The notes below the pieces were generated by a model. The model was not told the origin of the DNA, searched no databases, and worked only from the letters and a program-made list of their open reading frames with translations. A stretch of DNA of 64,000 nucleotides. It comes from a virus. Taxonomy: Duplodnaviria > Caudoviricetes. Shown here piece after piece: positions 9,007 to 18,179 of the stretch; position 1 is the first letter of the stretch, and the number at the start of each line of letters is the position of its first letter. Position numbers and translations under genes: made by a program. The stretch lies in IMG/VR virus record IMGVR_UViG_3300021426_000001, one strand, 5' to 3'.

Positions 9007-9480
9007 ATGTCTATGGATCTAAAAAGAGCACTTGGAATTATCAATGAGTCTAGACTCATTCTTGAGCGTAAGAGGGCTTCTGAAATGACGCCTGAAGAGC
9101 ACGAGAAGTATCTAGCTGATAGATCGAACAGAAGAGCTGCGAGAAAGAGAGTAGCGTCTTTCGCAGTAGAGAGGAACAAGCTAAAAGAACTAATCGCTTG
9201 CGCCGAGGGTCTACTTGGGGCTAGAGAAGAGCTCCTGAAGAGAGGCTGGGAACCACTAGAGGGACGTGACATCGACAAAGAGCATCAGGGATTCTGGCTC
9301 AAGAAGGCTAATGGACCCGATAGATGGATATATGTTGGAGCCCACATCGCATACCTAGGCGATGGCGTAAGAGTACGTATCGACAATCCAGCAGAAGATG
9401 CGTTCATAAAGCCTGTAGCTACTAAGGAATCGATCGTATCAGCTATCGATAATCTCTTGGCTAAGAACAATCTTCAGTAG
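9007..9480 (+). CDS. Hypothetical late protein, N-terminal paralog of 8227
   Basis: MSMDLKRALGIINESRLILERKRASEMTPEE vs MSMDIEKALNILSESHIILERKKVSEMTPEE. Confidence 0.7.
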   Translation: MSMDLKRALGIINESRLILERKRASEMTPEEHEKYLADRSNRRAARKRVASFAVERNKLKELIACAEGLLGAREELLKRGWEPLEGRDIDKEHQGFWLKKANGPDRWIYVGAHIAYLGDGVRVRIDNPAEDAFIKPVATKESIVSAIDNLLAKNNLQ

Positions 9481-9497
9481 AAGAAAATCCAAATGAC

Positions 9498-9533
9498 AAA
9501 AAGAGCAGAGCCGTCAAGCTCTGCTCTCTTTTT
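9498..9533. terminator. Bidirectional intrinsic terminator
   Basis: AGAGCAGAGC/GCTCTGCTCT stem with A- and T-tracts between convergent genes. Confidence 0.75.
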
Positions 9534-9550
9534 GTGATGACAGTAAGTCC

Positions 9551-11521
9551 TTACAGATCTTTCATCTCGAGCGCGTACTCGTACCACTTTCTGGCGTCGA
9601 ACTCTCTCTTTCTGTCATTGGAGTATGACTTTCTCGGAGTGAGGAATCCGACGATTCTCGTGTACTGATCATAGACGCCTTCGCCGCAAACTGGACAGAT
9701 GTTCGTTCCCACGAAAGCGTGATGGTTCTTGCAGACGTTGATCTTCGTGTTGAATGCGAAGTAGATCACGCCTCTAGAAGCGATCTTGTTGAGCATGTCC
9801 CACGCGACATCCTTGTTCGGGAAGTTGCTCTCGATGTTGATGTGAGCGATAGCGCCGCCAGAGCACATCTTGTCGAGGACTGAGGAGAGACGGATCTTCT
9901 CCTGGATAGTGCACTTCTCTTTGAGCGGGATCCACTGGTTCGAGTAGATGAAGTCGTCATCTCTGTCATAGAGAAGGTTGTCCTTCTGGCAGAGAATCAC
10001 AGCAGCTCTCTCGGCTGGAACAGACTCGATGTTGAAGCTGTACTTGTCAGTGAAGTTGTCCTTCACGTCGTTGATCGTGTCGAAGATTGCTTGAGCGAGC
10101 TTGATTCCCTCGTCAGTGTAGCTCTTGTTTCCGAACTCGTCAGTCTTGATGAATCCGAACTCCTTGATTGTCTCGTAGAGTCCGAGAATTCCGACAGTGC
10201 TGTACTGATGGTTGATGTCGATTCCGCCCTCGATGTAGTTCGGCAGAAGTCCACGCTGAACATTCTTCGTGATGATCTCTCGCTGGACGTCGAGAAGCTT
10301 GCAGCAGAGCTCAGTTCTCTTTCTCAGCAGCTTGAGGTAAGCGTTGATCCAAGAGATCTTGGAGTCTTCCTTCTCCTTCTTAGTCTCGATAGCGATTCTC
10401 ACTAGGTTCATCGTATTGACCTTGATCGATCCGATGGATAGCGAGGTTCCGCCGATGGAGTTCATGAAGCCCTTGAGCTTTGATGTGTCACTCAGCAAAC
10501 GACAGCAGTTCGACAATGTAGTCACGTCTTCTGAGACGAAGAAGTTAGAGTCGTTCCACTTCGTGTTGTGGTCAGAGCACCAGCGAGCGAAGTCTTCGTC
10601 AACAAATTTTCCGTTCTTGTACTGCAGCGAGAAGGTGAGCACTGGGAACGTGAACATGTTCTCGCTGCGGATCTCTGATACGACTTCCATGAAGATCTTC
10701 TGATGCTCGATGAAGTCTTCCATCTGGTCGATGAAGAATGTTCCGTCTGGGTACTCTAGACCGCCGAAGAGAGCTTCACAGTACTGACGGTCGAAGATTG
10801 ACACGTTAACGAATGCAGTCTGGTCAATGCGCATAAACGGCTGATTTAGGCGGTATATGAGCTTCTGGAAGGCCTGTCTAAGGTAACTATCCGGGTCCTT
10901 AGTATAGAAGCCCTGATCTACGTCTTTGCGCCAAAAATAGTAGGTCCATACGAGGATGTTCGGAATGCCGACTGCGCCAGAGCTTCTGTTGCTCATGAAT
11001 GACACGAACTCGATCACGTCGTCGAGGAACGTTCCGAGGTGCTTCGGCGGTACGTTGTTGTAGTTCTTGAGGAAGAACAGACCCTCTTTAGCGAGGCGGG
11101 TGAGGTCGTAAGCGAAGCAGTAGCCCATGTAGGTAGAAGTGCAAGCGTCGTGCAGATAGAATCCGCCGTTGTACTCCTGATTGAGCCACTCGCGGGCGGT
11201 CTTGAGTCCGTATTTCTGCTTCAGCTCAAGGAAGAGCTTGTTGAACGCGAAGATCTTGTCAAGCGGCTTGTCTTTCTCGTTCAGGAGGGCTCTGATGTCC
11301 TTTGTAGAAGCGTTTGCGTTAGCGTCGATAGTGACATCTGCTGTTACTGCGTTCTTCGCAGTGAATGCGTCAATGAAGTCTGAGAAGTTCAAGTTTCTCT
11401 CAGCGAATCCGTTGAGAACTTCGAAGTCTTCGCCGTAGGTCTCTTCGATGCTAGCTAGAGCCTTTGAGAAGTCCTTGTTGACCTTCAGCGGGATGTTGAA
11501 AACTGAATTGTTTACTGCCAT
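9551..11521 (-). CDS. nrdD: Anaerobic (class III) ribonucleotide reductase, no ATP cone
   Basis: 'FYLHD', 'YCFAY', 'SNCCRL', 'ESVPAE', C-terminal metal site CKNH..CPVCG, glycyl-radical loop 'TRIVGFL'. Confidence 0.92.
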   Translation of the reverse strand: MAVNNSVFNIPLKVNKDFSKALASIEETYGEDFEVLNGFAERNLNFSDFIDAFTAKNAVTADVTIDANANASTKDIRALLNEKDKPLDKIFAFNKLFLELKQKYGLKTAREWLNQEYNGGFYLHDACTSTYMGYCFAYDLTRLAKEGLFFLKNYNNVPPKHLGTFLDDVIEFVSFMSNRSSGAVGIPNILVWTYYFWRKDVDQGFYTKDPDSYLRQAFQKLIYRLNQPFMRIDQTAFVNVSIFDRQYCEALFGGLEYPDGTFFIDQMEDFIEHQKIFMEVVSEIRSENMFTFPVLTFSLQYKNGKFVDEDFARWCSDHNTKWNDSNFFVSEDVTTLSNCCRLLSDTSKLKGFMNSIGGTSLSIGSIKVNTMNLVRIAIETKKEKEDSKISWINAYLKLLRKRTELCCKLLDVQREIITKNVQRGLLPNYIEGGIDINHQYSTVGILGLYETIKEFGFIKTDEFGNKSYTDEGIKLAQAIFDTINDVKDNFTDKYSFNIESVPAERAAVILCQKDNLLYDRDDDFIYSNQWIPLKEKCTIQEKIRLSSVLDKMCSGGAIAHINIESNFPNKDVAWDMLNKIASRGVIYFAFNTKINVCKNHHAFVGTNICPVCGEGVYDQYTRIVGFLTPRKSYSNDRKREFDARKWYEYALEMKDL

Positions 11522-11548
11522 TTCAATTATTCCTTGTAAGAGAATTTC

Positions 11549-11635
11549 GCCACATGGAAATAGCAGCAGACTAATGATCTGCTGCTTTTCCGAAGTCTTT
11601 TTAGTTGACTGAGTCTTTCATAGAGTGCCTGTGGC
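11549..11635 (-). promoter_or_regulatory. Candidate structured 5' leader of nrdD
   Basis: GCCACA/TGTGGC closing stem around AGCAGCAGA/TCTGCTGCT and AGTC/GACT hairpins, downstream of TATAAATA (11644-11651). Confidence 0.45.
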
Positions 11636-11657
11636 TGGTCGTTTATTTATACGACGG

Positions 11658-11876
11658 CTACTCCTGATTTTTGTTGATCCATGCGCATCCGTCGCGGAAG
11701 TCCATGACCACTCCGTCAACCTCCAGGAGAGGAACGGTAGTGAATCCGTGAGCTCTAGCGACGTTCTCGATCTCAGACTGCTCGGTGACTACTGTGTGTT
11801 CGATCTTCGCATCATCGAGCTTCTTCTTCATCACGTTGCACTTTGGACATCCAGTGCTGTACATCTTTACTGTCAT
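11658..11876 (-). CDS. Glutaredoxin/NrdH-like redoxin
   Basis: 'MYSTGCPKC' CxxC, 'TVPLL.VDG'; start at ATG 11876 behind GGAG; directly upstream of nrdD. Confidence 0.85.
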   Translation of the reverse strand: MTVKMYSTGCPKCNVMKKKLDDAKIEHTVVTEQSEIENVARAHGFTTVPLLEVDGVVMDFRDGCAWINKNQE

Positions 11877-11886
11877 CTGGCATCTC

Positions 11887-12348
11887 CTAGTTGTTGATAG
11901 AGCACTCGTACTTGATCGGAATCTGCTTCGGAGCCTTGAGAGGATCCTTGAGCTCAGCAGTGTCTTCCTCACGGGACTTGAAGAACGGATAGACGATGTT
12001 CTTGATGTCGTCGTCCTCGACATCCTTCTCGATAGTCATCATGTATGTCGTGGTCTGCTTCTTCTTGTTCTTCTTCACAGCTAGCTCACAGAGAATGCCC
12101 TCGAACTCTACGCCGCCGAACACGACAGTGATCTGCTCGTCGAGCGGGAGCTGAATGTTCTTCCATGTGTCGTTGCTAGCGAGTTCGCCGATCTTCTTGA
12201 GATAAGTGTCGTTCGTGAAGTGGCGGATGAGGACTGGAGAGCCCTCTTCAACTACCTTGATAGTGAGCTTTGCGTGCGGGATGAGGTCTTCTTTCTTGGT
12301 GAAGAACTTGTAATTTTCGAGTGTTGCTTCAGTGATTTCAACTTTCAT
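11887..12348 (-). CDS. Hypothetical protein
   Basis: 153 aa, GAGG RBS. Confidence 0.7.
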   Translation of the reverse strand: MKVEITEATLENYKFFTKKEDLIPHAKLTIKVVEEGSPVLIRHFTNDTYLKKIGELASNDTWKNIQLPLDEQITVVFGGVEFEGILCELAVKKNKKKQTTTYMMTIEKDVEDDDIKNIVYPFFKSREEDTAELKDPLKAPKQIPIKYECSINN

Positions 12349-12385
12349 AAGTTTCCTCTTTGATTTTTATGCCTTCAAAATCTAC

Positions 12386-12415
12386 AAAAATGCAGACGAT
12401 TCTGTTTTCGTCTGC
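12386..12415 (-). terminator. Intrinsic terminator
   Basis: GCAGACGA/TCGTCTGC stem, T-run on minus strand. Confidence 0.6.
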
Positions 12416-12420
12416 CATAG

Positions 12421-12798
12421 CTAGAAAATCTCGCGATCGTAGATGTATGCTGCTGCCGACTTCGGATCGAGCTCCTCAGATATGGATCTCGTGAGGAGCG
12501 TGAGGAAGATGTCTTTGACGGTCTTGTAGCACATCAGCTCGTCTTCTACCAAGCGGTCATATCCCTCGTTAGAGTGACCCTTTGAAGCGTATAGCTGATC
12601 CATCTCAGCCTTTAGACTAGTGAGGTTCAGCCACTTCTTGTCGTGGAAGAGATATACCGAGTTGTCGGACATTCTCTTTCCCAGCCACTTTCCAGCAGAC
12701 TCCTCGGCGATCGTCTTCACGTCGTCTGAAGAGCTGGTCAGCGATACGCCAGGCTCCACGGACTCTTTGAGAGCAGCTACCCAATCAGTCAATTTCAT
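12421..12798 (-). CDS. Hypothetical protein
   Basis: 125 aa, coupled to upstream gene. Confidence 0.65.
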   Translation of the reverse strand: MKLTDWVAALKESVEPGVSLTSSSDDVKTIAEESAGKWLGKRMSDNSVYLFHDKKWLNLTSLKAEMDQLYASKGHSNEGYDRLVEDELMCYKTVKDIFLTLLTRSISEELDPKSAAAYIYDREIF

Positions 12799-13276
12799 TC
12801 AGGAAAACCCTCAGATCTTCTAGCGTCTTCTTCATGTCGTTTCTGCGGAAGAGAACGGCGTTGCCCTTAGCGGCTTGGAACTCTTCTACGTTCTTCTCGT
12901 AGTCGTCGATCAGAACGGTCTCTTTGTCAGCGAAGTCTGCCTTGTCTCTTCTCTTAGCTACGAACACGATGTCCATCGGATTGGCTCTGAGATTCTGCTC
13001 GAGCCACATCTTCTTTCCGATTCTAGCGTTGTCGTCGACTGCGTGAGAGAGGATGTAGATCTTCAGATCGTGCTTCTTGCTGAACGCGTACAGTCTAGAG
13101 TACAGCCAGAGTCCCTCTACGATCGGCGGAAGATCAGCCCAGAAGTGCTCGTCGACCTCTTTGAACCCCTCTTCGTTGAAATATCCAGTGTCTGGATCGT
13201 AGAATCCGAGCTTCTCAGCGCCAGCCAAGAAGTCAACCAAGACTCCGTCCATGTCGATTGCTACTTTCTTTATCAT
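12785..13276 (-). CDS. HAD-family 5'(3')-deoxyribonucleotidase
   Basis: 'IDMDGVLVDF', 'FWADLP', 'LIDDY..N'. Confidence 0.85.
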   Translation of the reverse strand: MIKKVAIDMDGVLVDFLAGAEKLGFYDPDTGYFNEEGFKEVDEHFWADLPPIVEGLWLYSRLYAFSKKHDLKIYILSHAVDDNARIGKKMWLEQNLRANPMDIVFVAKRRDKADFADKETVLIDDYEKNVEEFQAAKGNAVLFRRNDMKKTLEDLRVFLNEID

Positions 13277-13279
13277 AGT

Positions 13280-13705
13280 TTATTTATACTTAAGCAAAAA
13301 GTCTATCACAGTCTTAGACGGCTTGTCTTCGCGCAATCTGCCGTCAGAGTAGATGTAGTTTATGATTTCTGTGTTCTCTATGCGGACTGGATCGAATACT
13401 CTCTTTCTGTTGTACTCTCGAACGAAAGCTTTGCATCCAGGAACGATAGAGTTGAGCTCTTCTTCTGTGAAAGTGACTCTCGGATAGCTTATGAGCTGCT
13501 TCATCTTGTGCATTCCCATGATCAGCTTCTCTCTGAGCTCCACGGGCAGATGATGGAGATTCAGTCCAACGAAGTTGTTGAGGCTCATCTGGCTCGGTCG
13601 TATGCAGAAAATGAGAGGCTCCTGATCAACGTCGGGAGCCGTGCTCTTAGCTACATAGTGAAAAGAGTAGAAGAAGCCGTCCACGATCAGATCTGTGTGC
13701 TTCAT
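13280..13705 (-). CDS. gp2: DNA end-protector protein, gp2-like
   Basis: 'FYSFHY', 'DQEPLI', 'FVGLNLHHLP..LR'; start at 13705 gives ATGA overlap. Confidence 0.7.
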   Translation of the reverse strand: MKHTDLIVDGFFYSFHYVAKSTAPDVDQEPLIFCIRPSQMSLNNFVGLNLHHLPVELREKLIMGMHKMKQLISYPRVTFTEEELNSIVPGCKAFVREYNRKRVFDPVRIENTEIINYIYSDGRLREDKPSKTVIDFLLKYK

Positions 13706-14310
13706 CCTATTCTCCTTCCGAGATAGTTGTCGATCCAAGTCGCTCTGTCGTAAGTGAAGAACTTCTCTACGACTGGCTCAAGCGACATGAACCAGCTCGG
13801 TCTTCCGTTGTACTTTCCAGGCTTGCAGACTTCCCTCATGACTTCTGGCGGAGCGTTTCTGACGAATCTCTGGACCTCGGTTAGAGCTACCATGATGATT
13901 CCCTTGCATCCGCATGACATGTACCAGAAGTCGTCTTTGACTCCGTGACCGATGAAGTTGCAGAGGTGCTCGATAGCGTCTCTCTTCGGATCATCGTATC
14001 TGTTAGGGAAAGACACAGAAGCGTAGCCGTAGTCACGAGAGTACTTCACGTCAACGTAGACCATGTACTCGCGCTGCGGACGACCGTGCATGTCGCATCT
14101 AGCGATTCTGAAGTCTCCTAGCTGCGCGTTCTTCATAGCGCTCTCGTTCCAGATCACTACGTGAGGGAGAGGATCTTTGGTCTCTCCGACGACAGAGTGA
14201 ATGACGATCCAGTCGAGTCCGTTGTCTTCGATGTACTTAGAGAAGTACTTGACCATCTCGTCTTCGATCTCGAAGCCAGCTTTAGCGTTGGGTGATGTCA
14301 GCTCAGACAT
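13702..14310 (-). CDS. Putative PD-(D/E)xK nuclease
   Basis: 'GFEIE', 'GDFRI', 'YVDVKY' pattern. Confidence 0.4.
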   Translation of the reverse strand: MSELTSPNAKAGFEIEDEMVKYFSKYIEDNGLDWIVIHSVVGETKDPLPHVVIWNESAMKNAQLGDFRIARCDMHGRPQREYMVYVDVKYSRDYGYASVSFPNRYDDPKRDAIEHLCNFIGHGVKDDFWYMSCGCKGIIMVALTEVQRFVRNAPPEVMREVCKPGKYNGRPSWFMSLEPVVEKFFTYDRATWIDNYLGRRIG

Positions 14311-14992
14311 ATTCTAGTCCCTCCTGAAGGTCTTCTTGATTCTCCATGACGCTCTGCTGATACTCGTCGCTCTCAGATTCGAACATGTGGTCATCGCCAG
14401 GGAACTCTTGAGCGAGCTCTTCCAGATCTTCTTGACTTGCTTCCTCTCGTGCGAGTCTCTCAGCTCTCTCCTCTTCTCTCTGGCGCTTTCTCTCTTCCTT
14501 CTTCTCTTCCTCGGACTCTTCTTCGCCTTCTTTCTTTCTCTTCTTTCTGGATCCTGGACCCTTAGTGCCCCAAGCGTGAACCCACGCTTCTGAGTAAGAG
14601 TCTGTCGACCAAGTGTTGACGAGCTCAGTGGAGTTGCCGTCACTGTCAGCAGAAGAGGTGTTCAGAGTAGCGAACTCGTTAGATTCGAACTTGTACTTGT
14701 TGGACCAGAGGACTAGCTTTGACCAGTACGCGGACTGAAGCAGGAACGCCAGAGCTGAGTTCGGAGTGCCGTCTTCGCGGTACTCGTTGAAGTTCTTGAA
14801 GTAGTGCTCGATCACGTAGATCACCATGTCTTGAATGAAGTCATAGTAAGCGCGATCATCTCGATTCTTCTTGATCTGGTAAGCGCAGATCTCGATCAGA
14901 TCATCCCAGAGCTGAGCGTGATCCTTCTCGCTGATAGTTCCAGCGTTGTAAGCGACGATTCTCTTCGCGAGCGCTTTGTTGTCGATTCTCAT
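14303..14992 (-). CDS. gp55: Late-transcription sigma factor, gp55-like
   Basis: 'IDNKAL', 'DFIQD..IY...FKNFN', 'SALAFLLQSAY', acidic tail; late promoters present in window. Confidence 0.6.
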   Translation of the reverse strand: MRIDNKALAKRIVAYNAGTISEKDHAQLWDDLIEICAYQIKKNRDDRAYYDFIQDMVIYVIEHYFKNFNEYREDGTPNSALAFLLQSAYWSKLVLWSNKYKFESNEFATLNTSSADSDGNSTELVNTWSTDSYSEAWVHAWGTKGPGSRKKRKKEGEEESEEEKKEERKRQREEERAERLAREEASQEDLEELAQEFPGDDHMFESESDEYQQSVMENQEDLQEGLEYV

Positions 14993-15004
14993 TGGCTTTC
15001 TCCT

Positions 15005-15226
15005 CTACTTGTTTCTGTAGACGATCCTGCCTCTGCTGAGGTCATACGGACACAGCTCTACTAGGACGATGTCGTCCGGGTTAGTTCTGATACGGTTCAT
15101 CTTGTGCATCTTTCCAGCTAGCGTGCAGATGGCTTCGCTCCCGTTGCCGAATCCGACTCTGAATCTGATTCCGCCGAGCGCTTCTAGGACCCTTCCCTCT
15201 ACGGTTATCGGCTCTTCTTTCGCCAT
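15005..15226 (-). CDS. infA: Translation initiation factor IF-1
   Basis: 'MAKEEPITVEGRVLEAL..FRV..GKM...RI...D.VLVELCPYDLSRGRIVYR'. Confidence 0.93.
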   Translation of the reverse strand: MAKEEPITVEGRVLEALGGIRFRVGFGNGSEAICTLAGKMHKMNRIRTNPDDIVLVELCPYDLSRGRIVYRNK

Positions 15227-15227
15227 C

Positions 15228-16412
15228 TTAGATGTTCTCCATCGTCTGAGTGTTGCGGTCGATAGCGGCTAGAAGACGGTTGACTGCGTCTGAAGTCTCT
15301 AGGATGATTCCGGACTTGTCGAGGTTGTCGTACTGCCACTTGATCAGCTCGTTGTAGTTGTCTTTCTTGCACATAGCCCAGAACTTCTTGTCGAGCTCTT
15401 CAACGGAGATGTCAGTTCTGATCTTGCAGTCAGGGAAGATCTCTTCGTATGGGCTGTCACTAGAGTCCGGGAATACGGATCCGAAGAAGCCCATGCCAGC
15501 GATAGAAGACTCGTAGAATCTCAGCGCAGACTTTGAACGGTTGAACTCGTTGTCCACGAGCGGAGCGATCTGGAAGTCAGCTTTAGTGCTCCAGCAGCGT
15601 CTCGGATAGTTGTACGAGTTGGTCCACGGAATGAACTGAATCTTCGGTGCGATCTCTGCGAAGAACCACGGAAAGTCTCCCATGATCTTGAAGTTGATCT
15701 TGTCTTCCTTCACGTTCTTGATGACCCACTCTCTGAAAGCCTGATCCCAGTCTCCCATGTCGCCCTTGGTGCCAGGGAAGTTCTTGCTCGGATCTGGACG
15801 CTGAGGGTTCATGTAGTGTCCAGAGGCGCCAGAGTAGAGAACTGTCGGCTTGACGAGGTCTTCTGTGATCGGCTGTCTCTTCTCGCAGGACCATAGGAAT
15901 CTCGGCACAGTGTTTCTGACAGTCACTACGTTGTCTAGCGAGTACTTCTGGGAGATGATCTTCTTCAGGTAGTCTGTCGAAGTCATGATAGTGTCGAAGA
16001 GCGGGAGGATCTGGTGAAGAGCGTCCTCTACTTCTCCGTCCACGTCTGCCTCTTGGCGTCTCACGTAAGACATGTTGTATGGCGGAACTGACTGATCACG
16101 GAACGGAGACTTGAAGAACAAGTCGTCGATCTCGTAGACCATCTTGAATCCGAACTTAGCCTGGAATCCCTTGTACTTCTGAACGATAGACAGGTGCTGG
16201 TATGTGCATGGCTTCTGCCAGATTATCGCTTTCGTCTTGCTGAGAATTATCGGATCTAGCGTGTAGACTGGAAGAATCACAGCCTTGACGCCGAAGTCGT
16301 TAGCGTTGAGATAGTCAGCGAAGAAACGGCAGCGAACATGGCTGCAGCCTGAGTTGTCCGACAGATAGAAGAGCACTAGGTTCTTGTTGTCGTCTGAATT
16401 TACTTTAAGCAT
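15228..16412 (-). CDS. Glycosyltransferase (GT-B-like)
   Basis: 'SGCSHVR', 'YEIDD', 'STDYL', 'IAPLVDNEFNRSKSALRFYE'. Confidence 0.75.
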   Translation of the reverse strand: MLKVNSDDNKNLVLFYLSDNSGCSHVRCRFFADYLNANDFGVKAVILPVYTLDPIILSKTKAIIWQKPCTYQHLSIVQKYKGFQAKFGFKMVYEIDDLFFKSPFRDQSVPPYNMSYVRRQEADVDGEVEDALHQILPLFDTIMTSTDYLKKIISQKYSLDNVVTVRNTVPRFLWSCEKRQPITEDLVKPTVLYSGASGHYMNPQRPDPSKNFPGTKGDMGDWDQAFREWVIKNVKEDKINFKIMGDFPWFFAEIAPKIQFIPWTNSYNYPRRCWSTKADFQIAPLVDNEFNRSKSALRFYESSIAGMGFFGSVFPDSSDSPYEEIFPDCKIRTDISVEELDKKFWAMCKKDNYNELIKWQYDNLDKSGIILETSDAVNRLLAAIDRNTQTMENI

Positions 16413-16463
16413 CTAGTTTCCTTGATTTACTGTTACCAATTAAATATAGTACTTTTTCTCTAT

Positions 16464-17699
16464 TTATAGTTTCTCAAGGATCTTGAACTTGAGGCTCATG
16501 GACGGATCAGACTCTTCTATTTTTTTATCTCTGAAGGAGATCTCTACTGGACGCCCGCCGAATAGCACGTAGCTGTTTCCATTGAGATCAATGTTGACTA
16601 TCGCTCTCTTTGTCGGCTTCTTGTTCATGGCAGCTTCTATGAAGTCATTCTCGACTCCCAGCTCTCTCACGACAGTTCCTGAGCTCAGCACGATGTGGTT
16701 GTAGCCAGTTCCGTCTCTTCTCACATCGCGGCCGTAGTCTCCCAGGATGTAGTGCAGGAGCTGGTATGTTCTGAATAGCGGCTTTGGATGCTCTGGATCG
16801 TGTCCGAGGTTGAAATTTAGATATTTCCTCAGCAGCTCTCCGTATGTCTCGGCGCCCAGCTTCTCTGCCTGGTTGACGACTATGTCTCTGTCTCTGTCGA
16901 CTATTCCATTGAAGCGGTTCTCCATGTCGTTGAGAAAAGCTCTGAAAGTGGTGTTGCACAAGAAGATCGGACGATTGAGCTCTGACGGGACTACGCTCTT
17001 CATCGAGACACGGCACTTCTCTGAGAGCTGAACGTCTGCACGGTCTACGTATGTGTAGTTCTTGATCACTTTGTCGGCTGCTACCCAGCGGAACTTGAGT
17101 CCCTCGCACTGAGATCTCCAGACTGGATCTCTCGCCATCTTGTCCCTGTAGAAGTCCACGATCTTGAGAATCTCGTCGCTCTTCTGCTTGACGTACTCGA
17201 TCTTCTGGTCTAGCTGGTTCAGGAGATTTCTGACCTTAGACGACTCGTCGTTGACACCTCCGACGATGTCCATTATGGCGTCAGCGATGAGCGGATTCAG
17301 ACCCTCTCTCACTATGACAGCAGATGCGTTGCTCTTCAGCATCGCTATCGGGATCAGCTCAGTGAGCATAGCGTTGAAGTTCGTGGATATGTTCACTTGC
17401 GGCTTAAGGATGATAGTCTTGAGAATTCTGCCGTGTCTGTTGTCTTCACGCAGATTTAGAGCGCCAGAGCTGCTTCTAGGGACGTATTTCTCGTACTGCG
17501 GATAGATACCGTTGACTGGTCCCAGACTCGCTATTTCGGCTAGTTTTGCGCTTCTGTCGTCATTGTAGATGTAGAATAGCGTCTTGCTGTTGCTTCTCTT
17601 CGTGTCCAGCTTGAATTTTGGCTCTGGAAAGTTCAGTTCTAGAAATGAATTGAGCGGATCTTGCTTGTCTGCTTCTTGCTTGTCGATTAGTCCGAGCAT
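16464..17699 (-). CDS. Hypothetical protein (possible PD-(D/E)xK-like fold)
   Basis: 411 aa; 'RADVQL...VSMKS' only weakly suggestive. Confidence 0.6.
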   Translation of the reverse strand: MLGLIDKQEADKQDPLNSFLELNFPEPKFKLDTKRSNSKTLFYIYNDDRSAKLAEIASLGPVNGIYPQYEKYVPRSSSGALNLREDNRHGRILKTIILKPQVNISTNFNAMLTELIPIAMLKSNASAVIVREGLNPLIADAIMDIVGGVNDESSKVRNLLNQLDQKIEYVKQKSDEILKIVDFYRDKMARDPVWRSQCEGLKFRWVAADKVIKNYTYVDRADVQLSEKCRVSMKSVVPSELNRPIFLCNTTFRAFLNDMENRFNGIVDRDRDIVVNQAEKLGAETYGELLRKYLNFNLGHDPEHPKPLFRTYQLLHYILGDYGRDVRRDGTGYNHIVLSSGTVVRELGVENDFIEAAMNKKPTKRAIVNIDLNGNSYVLFGGRPVEISFRDKKIEESDPSMSLKFKILEKL

Positions 17700-17751
17700 A
17701 GATTCTCCGAGTTTTGTAAAGAAATTTTATCTTATTTTATAAGAAAACGGA

Positions 17752-17780
17752 TTTACAAAACCCGCCAAATTTCCTATATT
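17752..17780 (+). promoter_or_regulatory. Early sigma70-like promoter
   Basis: TTTACA-N17-TATATT. Confidence 0.75.
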
Positions 17781-17826
17781 CTATTTACAGTTCCAGAGAG
17801 GACTGCTAGAAAAAAGGAAAAGAAAA

Positions 17827-18105
17827 ATGAATCAAAAGCACATCTACAGCAAGCGTCTCGGCCGAGTAGCCGACTTCCACGGAACAACGTCTCAGAATCG
17901 CGTATGCGTTCACTATCCGAACCTCATTCAGGCTAACGGTCAGCCGACATACGGTCAGATCCTCATCGGCCGCAACAACGTCTGGATCAGCGATGACCAG
18001 TACCGCATCCTTCGACTCGCTGAACAGAAGCGTCAGCTAAAGCGCAAGAACGCCTTCGCTAAGGACGTTATCCAGCACGCAGACAAGATCATCGCAGCTC
18101 TCTAA
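17827..18105 (+). CDS. Hypothetical early protein
   Basis: 92 aa with its own early promoter, AAGGA RBS and terminator. Confidence 0.7.
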   Translation: MNQKHIYSKRLGRVADFHGTTSQNRVCVHYPNLIQANGQPTYGQILIGRNNVWISDDQYRILRLAEQKRQLKRKNAFAKDVIQHADKIIAAL

Positions 18106-18122
18106 AAGACTTGGGTGAACAC

Positions 18123-18160
18123 AAAAAGAAAGAGAAGAGGCAGAACCTCTTCTCTTTTTT
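18123..18160. terminator. Bidirectional intrinsic terminator
   Basis: AAAGAGAAGAGG-cagaa-CCTCTTCTCTTT with flanking A/T runs. Confidence 0.8.
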
Positions 18161-18179
18161 ATTTCCTTTCAGCTTCCGA

